Of a stretch of DNA of 64,000 bases, positions 27,319 through 41,444 are shown one piece after another (within the stretch, counting starts at the first letter, position 1; every line of letters begins with the position of its first letter). The DNA is taken from NCBI GenBank assembly GCA_009914755.4, contig CP086569.2, positions 53,120,001-53,184,000 on the forward strand, read 5' to 3'. Below the pieces are notes generated by a model. That model was not told where the DNA came from, did no database searches, and saw only the letters and a program-made list of their open reading frames with translations. This DNA is from the human T2T-CHM13v2.0 reference genome, Homo sapiens. The translations under genes were made by a program, and so were the position numbers.

Positions 27319-30300
27319 GGACTCATTTGGAATGGTCTAGTATGCAATGCAATAGACTGGCAGGGAATCAAAAGGAATGTAATCGAATGGATTGGACTGG
27401 AATGCAATGGACTCGAATAGATTGGAAACGGAAAGCAAAGGAATGGAATGGAATAGTATGGAATGGAATGCAAAGGAATGGAGTGGAATAGACTAGAGTG
27501 GAATGGAATGGACTCGAAAGCAATGGACTGGAATGGAACTTTCTTGAATGGACTGGAATCAAACGGAATGGAATGCAATGCAATCAAATGGCATGGAATA
27601 AAATAGAATGAAAGAGAATCAAATGGAATTGAATCGAATGGAATCGAATGGATTGGAAAGGAATAGAATGGAATGGAATGGAATTGACTCAAATGGAATG
27701 GACTAGAATGGAATGGATTCGAATGGAAGGCAAAGGAATGGAATCTATTGGAATGGACTGTAATGGAATGGAATGGAAGAGATTGGAATGGACTCGAATG
27801 GAATGGACTGCAGTAGAAAGGATTCGAATGGAATGAAAAAGAATTGAATGGAATAGAACAGAATGGAATCAAATCGAATGAAATGGAATGGAATAGAAAG
27901 GAATGGAATGAAACGGAATGGAAAGGATTCGAATGGAATGCATTCGAATGGAATGCAATCGAATGGAATGGAATCGAACGGAATGGAATAAAATGGAAGA
28001 AAACTGGCAAGAAATGGAATCGAAATGAATGGAGTGTTATGGAACGGACTCAAAAGGAATTGAATGTAATAGAATGGAGTGGAGTGGACTCGAATATAAT
28101 GGACTAGAATGGAATGAAATCACATGGAATGGGAACGAATGGAATGGAATGGAAAGGAATGGAATCGAATGGAAAGGAATCGAATGGAAGGGAATGAAAT
28201 TGAATCAACAGGAATGGAAGGGAGTAGAATAGACGGTAATGGAATGGACTCGAATAGAATGGACACGAATGCTCAAATTGAATGGACTCGAATGGAATGG
28301 CAACGAAAGGAATGTCATCGAATGGAATTGAATCGATTGGAATGAAATCACATAGAATGGAGTGGAATCAAATGGAATTGAATCGAAAGGAAAGGAAGCG
28401 AATGGACTGAAATGAAATGGAATGGAATTGAATGGAAATTAATGCAATGGAATAGAATGGAACGAAATTTCACGGAATGGAATCAAACTGAATGGAATCA
28501 AATCAATGGAATATAATCAAATGGAATGGAAAGGAATTGAATGGAGTAGATTGGATTGGATGGGATTGGAATGAAATGTACTGGAAAGGACTCGAATTTC
28601 ATGAAACGGAATGGAATGAATTAGAACGGAATGGACTCGAATGGAATGGAATGTCATGGAATGGCATCAAATGGAATGGAATCGAATGCGATGGAATGCT
28701 ACGGAATGGAATGGAATGCATTGGAATGGAATGTCCTCTAATGGAATGTATTCGAGTGGAATGGAATCGAATATAATGGAGTCTAATGAAATGGAATTGA
28801 AAGGAATGGGACCGAATACAATGGAATAAACTGGAATGTAATGTAATGAACTCGAATGTAATTGACTGGAATGGAATGTACATGAATGGAATGTAATCGA
28901 ATGGAAAGCAATCCAATGGAATAGAATCTAATGCAATAAAATCGACTCAAATAGAGTAGAATGTAATGGAATGGAGTGCAGTGCAATGGAATGGAATGGA
29001 ATGCAATGGAATGGAATGGAATGGAATGGAATGGGATGGAATGGTATGGAATGGATAGTAATGGACTGGAGTGAAATGGACTGGAAAAGAATGGACTCAA
29101 ATTGAAAGGGCTCGAAAGGAATGGAGTCAAATGGAATGGTCTGGAATGGAATGAACACGAATGTAATGCAATCCAATAGAATGGAATCGAATGGCATGGA
29201 ATATAAAGAAATGGAATCGAAGAGAATGGAAACAAATGGAATGGAATTGAATGGAATGGAATTGAATGGAATGGGAACGAATGGAGTGAAATTGTATGCA
29301 GTAGAAGAGAATAGAATGGAATGCAAGCGAAAGGAAAGGAATGGATTGGAATGGAATGGAATTCATTGGAATGGAAGGGAATGTAGTGTAATGGACAGGC
29401 CTGGAATAAAGTGGAATGCTACGGTCTCGAATGGAATAAAAATGTATGGAATGGAATGCAATGAAACGGAATCGAATGTCATAGAATGTAATGGAATGCA
29501 AAAAAATGGACTCCAAAATCATTGACTGGAAAGGCTGGGTGTCGAAAGGAATTGACTCCAATGGAATGGAATCGAATGGAATGGAAGTGAATAGAATCGA
29601 ACTAAATCGAATGGAATGGAATTGATAGGAACGGAATGGAAAGGAATGCAATGATTTGGCATGGAATGGAATCGAAAGGCATCGAATGGAATGGAATGGA
29701 ATGCAATGGAATGGAATGTATTAGAATGTAATGAACATTAATGGAAAGTACGCGAATGGATTCGACTGGAATGGAATGTTCTGGAAGTGAATGGACTCCA
29801 ATGGAATGGATTCGAAAGGAATGGAATCGAACGGAATGGAATTAAACGGAAATGAATCAAATAGAATAGAACGGAATTGAATTGAATGGAATCGAATGCA
29901 ATGGAATCTAATGAAACGGAAAGGAATGGAATGGAATGGGCTGGAATGGAATGGAATCGAAACGAATGGAATGGAATCGAACTGAAGAGACTGGAATGGA
30001 ATGCACTGGAATGGAAGGGAATGTAATGGAAGGTTCTCGAAAAAAATGGAATCGAAAGGAATGGAATTGAATGGAACGGAATAGAGTCGAATGGAATTCA
30101 ATGGAATGGAATGGACTAGAGTGAAATGGAATCGAACCACAAGGAATGGACAGGAATAGAATGGTCTCGAATTGAATGGAATCGTATGGAATGGCATCAA
30201 ACGGAATGGAATGGACGGCCACGGAATGGAATGCACTCGAATGCAATGGAGTCGACACTAATGGACTGGAATAGAATGGACTCGACTGGTACGGACTCCA

Positions 30301-30832
30301 ATGGAATGGAATCGAATGGAAGGGAATCGAACGGAATGGACTCGAAGGGAAAAGACTGCAATGGAAAGGTCTCGAATGGAATGGAAATTAATGGAATGGA
30401 ATGGAATCGAATGAAATGGAGTCAAAAGGAATGGAATCGAATGGCAAGAAATCGAATGTAATGGAATCGCAAGGAATTGATGTGAACGGAACGGAATGGA
30501 ATGGAATCCAAAGGAATGGAATAGAATGGAATGGAATCGAATGGAAAGGACTCGAATGGAAATCACTCGAATAGAATGCAATTTAATAAAATAGGATCAA
30601 ATGTAATGGAATGGAATGGAAAGGAATCGAAACGAAAGGAATGGAGACAGATGGAATGGAATGGAACAGAGAGCAATGGTATAGAATGGAATGGAATCAT
30701 CTGGAATGGAATTGAATGGAATGGAATAATATGAAATGGAATGGAATGGAATGGAATGCCCTTGAATTAAATGGACTGGAATGGAATGGACTCGAACAGA
30801 GTGGAATGGAAAGTGTTGAAATAGAATGGAAT
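27319..30832. repeat. DYZ1-like unit 5, 3514 bp, 'A-type'. It has a second GGCC, 'ggacggccacgg', at ~26703 and 30215.
   Basis: Anchor motif spacing. Its variant positions are shared with unit 7. Confidence 0.85.
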
Positions 30833-33800
30833 GGACTCGTTTGGAATGGTCTAGTATGCAATGCAATAGACTGGCAGGGAATCAAAAGGAATGTAATCGA
30901 ATGGATTGGACTGGAATGCAATGGACTCGAATAGATTGGAAACGGAAAGCAAAGGAATGGAATGGAATAGTATGGAATGGAATGGAAAGGAATGGAGTGG
31001 AATAGACTAGAGTGGAATGGAATGGACTGGAAAGCAATGGACTGGAATGGAACTTTCTTGAATGGACTGGAATCAAACGGAATGGAATGCAATGCAATCA
31101 AATGGCATGGAATAAAATAAAATGAAAGAGAATCAAATGGAATTGAATCGAATGGAATCGAATGGATTGGAAAGGAATAGAATGGAATGGAATGGAATTG
31201 ACTCAAATGGAATGGACTAGAATGGAATGGATTCGAATGGAAGGCAAAGGAATGGAATCTATTGGAATGGACTGTAATGGAATGGAATGGAAGGGATTGG
31301 AATGGACTCGAATGGAATGGACTGCAGTAGAAAGGATTCGAATGGAATGAAAAAGAATTGAATGGAATAGAACAGAATGGAATCAAATCGAATGAAATGG
31401 AATGGAATAGAAAGGAATGGAATGAAATGGAATGGAAAGGATTCGAATGGAATGCAATCGAATGGAATGAAATCGAATGGAATGGAATCGAACGGAATGG
31501 AATAAAATGGAAGAAAACTGGCAAGAAATGGAATCGAAATGAATGGAGTGTTATGGAACGGACTCAAAAGGAATTGAATGTAATAGAATGGAGTGGAGTG
31601 GACTCGAATATAATGGACTAGAATGGAATGAAATCACATGGAATGGGAACGAATGGAATGGAATGGAAAGGAATGGAATCGAATGGAAAGGAATCGAATG
31701 GAAGGGAATGAAATTGAATCAACAGGAATGGAAGGGAGTAGAATAGACGGTAATGGAATGGACTCGAATAGAATGGACACGAATGCTCAAATTGAATGGA
31801 CTCGAATGGAATGGCAACGAAAGGAATGTCATCGAATGGAATTGAATCGATTGGAATGAAATCACATAGAATGGAGTGGAATCAAATGGAATTGAATCGA
31901 AAGGAAAGGAAGCGAATGGACTGAAATGAAATGGAATGGAATTGAATGGAAATTAATGCAATGGAATAGAATGGAACGAAATTTCACGGAATGGAATCAA
32001 ACTGAATGGAATCAAATGAATGGAATATAATGAAATGGAATGGAAAGGAATTGAATGGAGTAGATTGGATTGGATGGGATTGGAATGAAATGTACTGGAA
32101 AGGACTCGAATTTCATGAAACGGAATGGAATGAATTAGAACGGAATGGACTCGAATGGAATGGAATGTCATGGAATGGCATCAAATGGAATGGAATCGAA
32201 TGCGATGGAATGCTATGGAATGGAATGGAATGCATTGGAATGGAATGTCCTCTAATGGAATGTATTCGAGTGGAATGGAATCGAATATAATGGAGTCTAA
32301 TGAAATGGAATTGAAAGGAATGGGACCGAATACAATGGAATATACTGGAATGTAATGTAATGAACTCGAATGTAATTGACTGGAATGGAATGTACATGAA
32401 TGGAATGTAATCGAATGGAAAGCAATCCAATGGAATAGAATCTAATGCAATAAAATCGACTCAAATAGAGTAGAATGTAATGGAATGGAGTACAGTGCAA
32501 TGGAATGGAATGGAATGGAATGCAATGGAATGGAATGGAATGGAATGGGATGGAATGGTATGGAATGGATAGTAATGGACTGGAGTGAAATGGACTGGAA
32601 AAGAATGGACTCAAATTGAAAGGGCTCGAAAGGAATGGAGTCAAATGGAATGGTCTGGAATGGAATGAACACGAATGTAATGCAATCCAATAGAATGGAA
32701 TCGAATGGCATGGAATATAAAGAAATGGAATCGAAGAGAATGGAAACAAATGGAATGGAATTGAATGGAATGGAATTGAATGGAATGGGAACGAATGGAG
32801 TGAAATTGTATGCAGTAGAAGAGAATAGAATGGAATGCAAGCGAAAGGAAAGGAATGGATTGGAATGGAATGGAATTCATTGGAATGGAAGGGAATGTAG
32901 TGTAATGGACAGGCCTGGAATAAAGTGGAATGCTACGGTCTCGAATGGAATAAAAATGTATGGAATGGAATGCAATGAAACGGAATCGAATGTCATAGAA
33001 TGTAATGGAAAGCAAAAAAATGGACTCCAAAATCATTGACTGGAAAGGCTGGGTGTCGAAAGGAATTGACTCCAATGGAATGGAATCGAATGGAATGGAA
33101 GTGAATAGAATCGAACTAAATCGAATGGAATGGAATTGATAGGAACGGAATGGAAAGGAATGCAATGATTTCGCATGGAATGGAATCGAATGGCATCGAA
33201 TGGAATGGAATGGAATGCAATGGAATGGAATGTATTAGAATGTAATGAACTTTAATGGAATGTACTCGAATGGATTCGACTGGAATGGAATGTTCTGGAA
33301 GTGAATGGACTCCAATGGAATGGATTCGAAAGGAATGGAATCTAATGGAATGGAATTAAATGGAAATGAATCAAATTGAATAGCACGGAATTGAATTGAA
33401 TGGAATCGAATGCAATGGAATCTAATGAAACGGAAAGGAAAGGAATGGAATGGATTGGAATGGAATGGGCTGGAATGGAATGGAATCGAAACGAATGGAA
33501 TGGAATCGAACTGAAGAGACTGGAATGGAATGCACTGGAATGGAAGGGAATGTAATGGAAGGTTCTCGAAAAAAATGGAATCGAAAGGAATGCAATTGAA
33601 TGGAACGGAATAGAGTCGAATGGAATTGAATGGAATGGAATGGACTAGAGTGAAATGGAATCGAACCACAAGGAATGGACAGGAATAGAATGGTCTCGAA
33701 TTGAATGGAATCGTATGGAATGGCATCAAACGGAATGGAATGGACAGCCACGGAATGGAATGGACACCCACGGAATGGAATGCACTCGAATGCAATGGAG

Positions 33801-34381
33801 TCGACACTAATGGACTGGAATAGAATGGACTCGACTGGTACGGACTCCAATGGAATGGAATCGAATGGAAGGGAATCGAACGGAATGGACTCGAAGGGAA
33901 AAGACTGCAATGGAAAGGTCTCGAATGGAATGGAAATTAATGGAATGGAATGGAATCGAATGAAATGGAGTCAAAAGGAATGGAATCGAATGGCAAGAAA
34001 TCGAATGTAATGGAATCGCAAGGAATTGATGTGAACGGAACGGAATGGAATGGAATCCAAAGGAATGGAATAGAATGGAATGGAATCGAATGGAAAGGAC
34101 TCGAATGGAAATCACTCGAATAGAATGCAATTTAATAAAATAGGATCAAATGTAATGGAATGGAATGGAAAGGAATCGAAACGAAAGGAATGGAGACAGA
34201 TGGAATGGAATGGAACAGAGAGCAATGGTATAGAATGGAATGGAATCATCTGGAATGGAATTGAATGGAATGGAATAATATGAAATGGAATGGAATGGAA
34301 TGGAATGCCCTTGAATTAAATGGACTGGAATGGAATGGACTCGAACAGAGTGGAATGGAAAGTGTTGAAATAGAATGGAAT
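30833..34381. repeat. DYZ1-like unit 6, 3549 bp, 'B-type'.
   Basis: Anchor motif spacing. Its variant positions are shared with unit 8. Confidence 0.85.
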
Positions 34382-37300
34382 GGACTCGTTTGGAATGGTC
34401 TAGTATGCAATGCAATCGACTGGCAGGGAATCAAAAGGAATGTAATCGAATGGATTGGACTGGAATGCAATGGACTCGAATAGATTGGAAATGGAAAGCA
34501 AAGGAATGGAATGGAATAGTATGGAATGGAATGGAAAGGAATGGAGTGGAATAGACTAGAGTGGAATGGAATGGACTGGAAAGCAATGGGCTGGAATGGA
34601 ACTTTCTTGAATGGACTGGAATCAAACGGAATGGAATGCAATGCAATCAAATGGCATGGAATAAAATAGAATGAAAGAGAATCAAATGGAATTGAATCGA
34701 ATGGAATCGAATGGATTGGAAAGGAATAGAATGGAATGGAATGGAATTGACTCAAATGGAATGGACTAGAATGGAATGGATTCGAATGGAAGGCAAAGGA
34801 ATGGAATCTATTGGAATGGACTGTAATGGAATGGAATGGAAGGGATTGGAATGGACTCGAATGGAATGGACTGCAGTAGAAAGGATTCGAATGGAATGAA
34901 AAAGAATTGAATGGAATAGAACAGAATGGAATCAAATCGAATGAAATGGAATGGAATAGAAAGGAATGGAATGAAACGGAATGGAAAGGATTCGAATGGA
35001 ATGCAATCGAATGGAATGAAATCGAATGGAATGGAATCGAACGGAATGGAATAAAATGGAAGAAAACTGGCAAGAAATGGAATCGAAATGAATGGAGTGT
35101 TATGGAACGGACTCAAAAGGAATTGAATGTAATAGAATGGAGTGGAGTGGACTCGAATATAATGGACTAGAATGGAATGAAATCACATGGAATGGGAACG
35201 AATGGAATGGAATGGAAAGGAATGGAATCGAATGGAAAGGAATCGAATGGAAGGGAATGAAATTGAATCAACAGGAATGGAAGGGAGTAGAATAGACGGT
35301 AATGGAATGGACTCGAATAGAATGGACACGAATGCTCAAATTGAATGGACTCGAATGGAATGGCAACGAAAGGAATGTCATCGAATGGAATTGAATCGAT
35401 TGGAATGAAATCACATAGAATGGAGTGGAATCAAATGGAATTGAATCGAAAGGAAAGGAAGCGAATGGACTGAAATGAAATGGAATGGAATTGAATGGAA
35501 ATTAATGCAATGGAATAGAATGGAACGAAATTTCACGGAATGGAATCAAACTGAATGGAATCAAATCAATGGAATATAATCAAATGGAATGGAAAGGAAT
35601 TGAATGGAGTAGATTGGATTGGATGGGATTGGAATGAAATGTACTGGAAAGGACTCGAATTTCATGAAACGGAATGGAATGAATTAGAACGGAATGGACT
35701 CGAATGGAATGGAATGTCATGGAATGGCATCAAATGGAATGGAATCGAATGCGATGGAATGCTACGGAATGGAATGGAATGCATTGGAATGGAATGTCCT
35801 CTAATGGAATGTATTCGAGTGGAATGGAATCGAATATAATGGAGTCTAATGAAATGGAATTGAAAGGAATGGGACCGAATACAATGGAATAAACTGGAAT
35901 GTAATGTAATGAACTCGAATGTAATTGACTGGAATGGAATGTACATGAATGGAATGTAATCGAATGGAAAGCAATCCAATGGAATAGAATCTAATGCAAT
36001 AAAATCGACTCAAATAGAGTAGAATGTAATGGAATGGAGTGCAGTGCAATGGAATGGAATGGAATGCAATGGAATGGAATGGAATGGAATGGAATGGGAT
36101 GGAATGGTATGGAATGGATAGTAATGGACTGGAGTGAAATGGACTGGAAAAGAATGGACTCAAATTGAAAGGGCTCGAAAGGAATGGAGTCAAATGGAAT
36201 GGTCTGGAATGGAATGAACACGAATGTAATGCAATCCAATAGAATGGAATCGAATGGCATGGAATATAAAGAAATGGAATCGAAGAGAATGGAAACAAAT
36301 GGAATGGAATTGAATGGAATGGAATTGAATGGAATGGGAACGAATGGAGTGAAATTGTATGCAGTAGAAGAGAATAGAATGGAATGCAAGCGAAAGGAAA
36401 GGAATGGATTGGAATGGAATGGAATTCATTGGAATGGAAGGGAATGTAGTGTAATGGACAGGCCTGGAATAAAGTGGAATGCTACGGTCTCGAATGGAAT
36501 AAAAATGTATGGAATGGAATGCAATGAAACGGAATCGAATGTCATAGAATGTAATGGAATGCAAAAAAATGGACTCCAAAATCATTGACTGGAAAGGCTG
36601 GGTGTCGAAAGGAATTGACTCCAATGGAATGGAATCGAATGGAATGGAAGTGAATAGAATCGAACTAAATCGAATGGAATGGAATTGATAGGAACGGAAT
36701 GGAAAGGAATGCAATGATTTGGCATGGAATGGAATCGAAAGGCATCGAATGGAATGGAATGGAATGCAATGGAATGGAATGTATTAGAATGTAATGAACA
36801 TTAATGGAAAGTACGCGAATGGATTCGACTGGAATGGAATGTTCTGGAAGTGAATGGACTCCAATGGAATGGATTCGAAAGGAATGGAATCGAACGGAAT
36901 GGAATTAAACGGAAATGAATCAAATAGAATAGAACGGAATTGAATTGAATGGAATCGAATGCAATGGAATCTAATGAAACGGAAAGGAATGGAATGGAAT
37001 GGGCTGGAATGGAATGGAATCGAAACGAATGGAATGGAATCGAACTGAAGAGACTGGAATGGAATGCACTGGAATGGAAGGGAATGTAATGGAAGGTTCT
37101 CGAAAAAAATGGAATCGAAAGGAATGGAATTGAATGGAACGGAATAGAGTCGAATGGAATTCAATGGAATGGAATGGACTAGAGTGAAATGGAATCGAAC
37201 CACAAGGAATGGACAGGAATAGAATGGTCTCGAATTGAATGGAATCGTATGGAATGGCATCAAACGGAATGGAATGGACGGCCACGGAATGGAATGCACT

Positions 37301-37895
37301 CGAATGCAATGGAGTCGACACTAATGGACTGGAATAGAATGGACTCGACTGGTACGGACTCCAATGGAATGGAATCGAATGGAAGGGAATCGAACGGAAT
37401 GGACTCGAAGGGAAAAGACTGCAATGGAAAGGTCTCGAATGGAATGGAAATTAATGGAATGGAATGGAATCGAATGAAATGGAGTCAAAAGGAATGGAAT
37501 CGAATGGCAAGAAATCGAATGTAATGGAATCGCAAGGAATTGATGTGAACGGAACGGAATGGAATGGAATCCAAAGGAATGGAATAGAATGGAATGGAAT
37601 CGAATGGAAAGGACTCGAATGGAAATCACTCGAATAGAATGCAATTTAATAAAATAGGATCAAATGTAATGGAATGGAATGGAAAGGAATCGAAACGAAA
37701 GGAATGGAGACAGATGGAATGGAATGGAACAGAGAGCAATGGTATAGAATGGAATGGAATCATCTGGAATGGAATTGAATGGAATGGAATAATATGAAAT
37801 GGAATGGAATGGAATGGAATGCCCTTGAATTAAATGGACTGGAATGGAATGGACTCGAACAGAGTGGAATGGAAAGTGTTGAAATAGAATGGAAT
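34382..37895. repeat. DYZ1-like unit 7, 3514 bp, A-type, essentially identical to unit 5.
   Basis: All frame-artefact ORFs of unit 5 reappear identical at +7063 bp. Examples are 28492..28776 = 35555..35839 and 29721..30236 = 36784..37299. Confidence 0.85.
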
Positions 37896-40800
37896 GGACT
37901 CGTTTGGAATGGTCTAGTATGCAATGCAATAGACTGGCAGGGAATCAAAAGGAATGTAATCGAATGGATTGGACTGGAATGCAATGGACTCGAATAGATT
38001 GGAAACGGAAAGCAAAGGAATGGAATGGAATAGTATGGAATGGAATGGAAAGGAATGGAGTGGAATAGACTAGAGTGGAATGGAATGGACTGGAAAGCAA
38101 TGGACTGGAATGGAACTTTCTTGAATGGACTGGAATCAAACGGAATGGAATGCAATGCAATCAAATGGCATGGAATAAAATAGAATGAAAGAGAATCAAA
38201 TGGAATTGAATCGAATGGAATCGAATGGATTGGAAAGGAATAGAATGGAATGGAATGGAATTGACTCAAATGGAATGGACTAGAATGGAATGGATTCGAA
38301 TGGAAGGCAAAGGAATGGAATCTATTGGAATGGACTGTAATGGAATGGAATGGAAGGGATTGGAATGGACTCGAATGGAATGGACTGCAGTAGAAAGGAT
38401 TCGAATGGAATGAAAAAGAATTGAATGGAATAGAACAGAATGGAATCAAATCGAATGAAATGGAATGGAATAGAAAGGAATGGAATGAAATGGAATGGAA
38501 AGGATTCGAATGGAATGCAATCGAATGGAATGAAATCGAATGGAATGGAATCGAACGGAATGGAATAAAATGGAAGAAAACTGGCAAGAAATGGAATCGA
38601 AATGAATGGAGTGTTATGGAACGGACTCAAAAGGAATTGAATGTAATAGAATGGAGTGGAGTGGACTCGAATATAATGGACTAGAATGGAATGAAATCAC
38701 ATGGAATGGGAACGAATGGAATGGAATGGAAAGGAATGGAATCGAATGGAAAGGAATCGAATGGAAGGGAATGAAATTGAATCAACAGGAATGGAAGGGA
38801 GTAGAATAGACGGTAATGGAATGGACTCGAATAGAATGGACACGAATGCTCAAATTGAATGGACTCGAATGGAATGGCAACGAAAGGAATGTCATCGAAT
38901 GGAATTGAATCGATTGGAATGAAATCACATAGAATGGAGTGGAATCAAATGGAATTGAATCGAAAGGAAAGGAAGCGAATGGACTGAAATGAAATGGAAT
39001 GGAATTGAATGGAAATTAATGCAATGGAATAGAATGGAACGAAATTTCACGGAATGGAATCAAACTGAATGGAATCAAATCAATGGAATATAATCAAATG
39101 GAATGGAAAGGAATTGAATGGAGTAGATTGGATTGGATGGGATTGGAATGAAATGTACTGGAAAGGACTCGAATTTCATGAAACGGAATGGAATGAATTA
39201 GAACGGAATGGACTCGAATGGAATGGAATGTCATGGAATGGCATCAAATGGAATGGAATCGAATGCGATGGAATGCTATGGAATGGAATGGAATGCATTG
39301 GAATGGAATGTCCTCTAATGGAATGTATTCGAGTGGAATGGAATCGAATATAATGGAGTCTAATGAAATGGAATTGAAAGGAATGGGACCGAATACAATG
39401 GAATATACTGGAATGTAATGTAATGAACTCGAATGTAATTGACTGGAATGGAATGTACATGAATGGAATGTAATCGAATGGAAAGCAATCCAATGGAATA
39501 GAATCTAATGCAATAAAATCGACTCAAATAGAGTAGAATGTAATGGAATGGAGTACAGTGCAATGGAATGGAATGGAATGGAATGCAATGGAATGGAATG
39601 GAATGGAATGGGATGGAATGGTATGGAATGGATAGTAATGGACTGGAGTGAAATGGACTGGAAAAGAATGGACTCAAATTGAAAGGGCTCGAAAGGAATG
39701 GAGTCAAATGGAATGGTCTGGAATGGAATGAACACGAATGTAATGCAATCCAATAGAATGGAATCGAATGGCATGGAATATAAAGAAATGGAATCGAAGA
39801 GAATGGAAACAAATGGAATGGAATTGAATGGAATGGAATTGAATGGAATGGGAACGAATGGAGTGAAATTGTATGCAGTAGAAGAGAATAGAATGGAATG
39901 CAAGCGAAAGGAAAGGAATGGATTGGAATGGAATGGAATTCATTGGAATGGAAGGGAATGTAGTGTAATGGACAGGCCTGGAATAAAGTGGAATGCTACG
40001 GTCTCGAATGGAATAAAAATGTATGGAATGGAATGCAATGAAACGGAATCGAATGTCATAGAATGTAATGGAAAGCAAAAAAATGGACTCCAAAATCATT
40101 GACTGGAAAGGCTGGGTGTCGAAAGGAATTGACTCCAATGGAATGGAATCGAATGGAATGGAAGTGAATAGAATCGAACTAAATCGAATGGAATGGAATT
40201 GATAGGAACGGAATGGAAAGGAATGCAATGATTTGGCATGGAATGGAATCGAATGGCATCGAATGGAATGGAATGGAATGCAATGGAATGGAATGTATTA
40301 GAATGTAATGAACTTTAATGGAATGTACTCGAATGGATTCGACTGGAATGGAATGTTCTGGAAGTGAATGGACTCCAATGGAATGGATTCGAAAGGAATG
40401 GAATCTAATGGAATGGAATTAAATGGAAATGAATCAAATTGAATAGCACGGAATTGAATTGAATGGAATCGAATGCAATGGAATCTAATGAAACGGAAAG
40501 GAAAGGAATGGAATGGATTGGAATGGAATGGGCTGGAATGGAATGGAATCGAAACGAATGGAATGGAATCGAACTGAAGAGACTGGAATGGAATGCACTG
40601 GAATGGAAGGGAATGTAATGGAAGGTTCTCGAAAAAAATGGAATCGAAAGGAATGGAATTGAATGGAACGGAATAGAGTCGAATGGAATTGAATGGAATG
40701 GAATGGACTAGAGTGAAATGGAATCGAACCACAAGGAATGGACAGGAATAGAATGGTCTCGAATTGAATGGAATCGTATGGAATGGCATCAAACGGAATG

Positions 40801-41444
40801 GAATGGACAGCCACGGAATGGAATGGACACCCACGGAATGGAATGCACTCGAATGCAATGGAGTCGACACTAATGGACTGGAATAGAATGGACTCGACTG
40901 GTACGGACTCCAATGGAATGGAATCGAATGGAAGGGAATCGAACGGAATGGACTCGAAGGGAAAAGACTGCAATGGAAAGGTCTCGAATGGAATGGAAAT
41001 TAATGGAATGGAATGGAATCGAATGAAATGGAGTCAAAAGGAATGGAATCGAATGGCAAGAAATCGAATGTAATGGAATCGCAAGGAATTGATGTGAACG
41101 GAACGGAATGGAATGGAATCCAAAGGAATGGAATAGAATGGAATGGAATCGAATGGAAAGGACTCGAATGGAAATCACTCGAATAGAATGCAATTTAATA
41201 AAATAGGATCAAATGTAATGGAATGGAATGGAAAGGAATCGAAACGAAAGGAATGGAGACAGATGGAATGGAATGGAACAGAGAGCAATGGTATAGAATG
41301 GAATGGAATCATCTGGAATGGAATTGAATGGAATGGAATAATATGAAATGGAATGGAATGGAATGGAATGCCCTTGAATTAAATGGACTGGAATGGAATG
41401 GACTCGAACAGAGTGGAATGGAAAGTGTTGAAATAGAATGGAAT
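37896..41444. repeat. DYZ1-like unit 8, 3549 bp, B-type, near-identical to unit 6.
   Basis: ORF 33235..33807 = 40298..40870. ORF 33422..33910 and 40485..40973 differ by one residue. Confidence 0.85.

Larger units (their letters stand above)
27319..41444. repeat. Two copies of a ~7063-bp dimeric super-repeat (A-type 3514-bp unit plus B-type 3549-bp unit) at very high identity.
   Basis: Every frame-artefact ORF in 27319-34381 recurs at +7063 bp with zero or one amino-acid difference. The 3514/3549 unit lengths alternate. Confidence 0.75.
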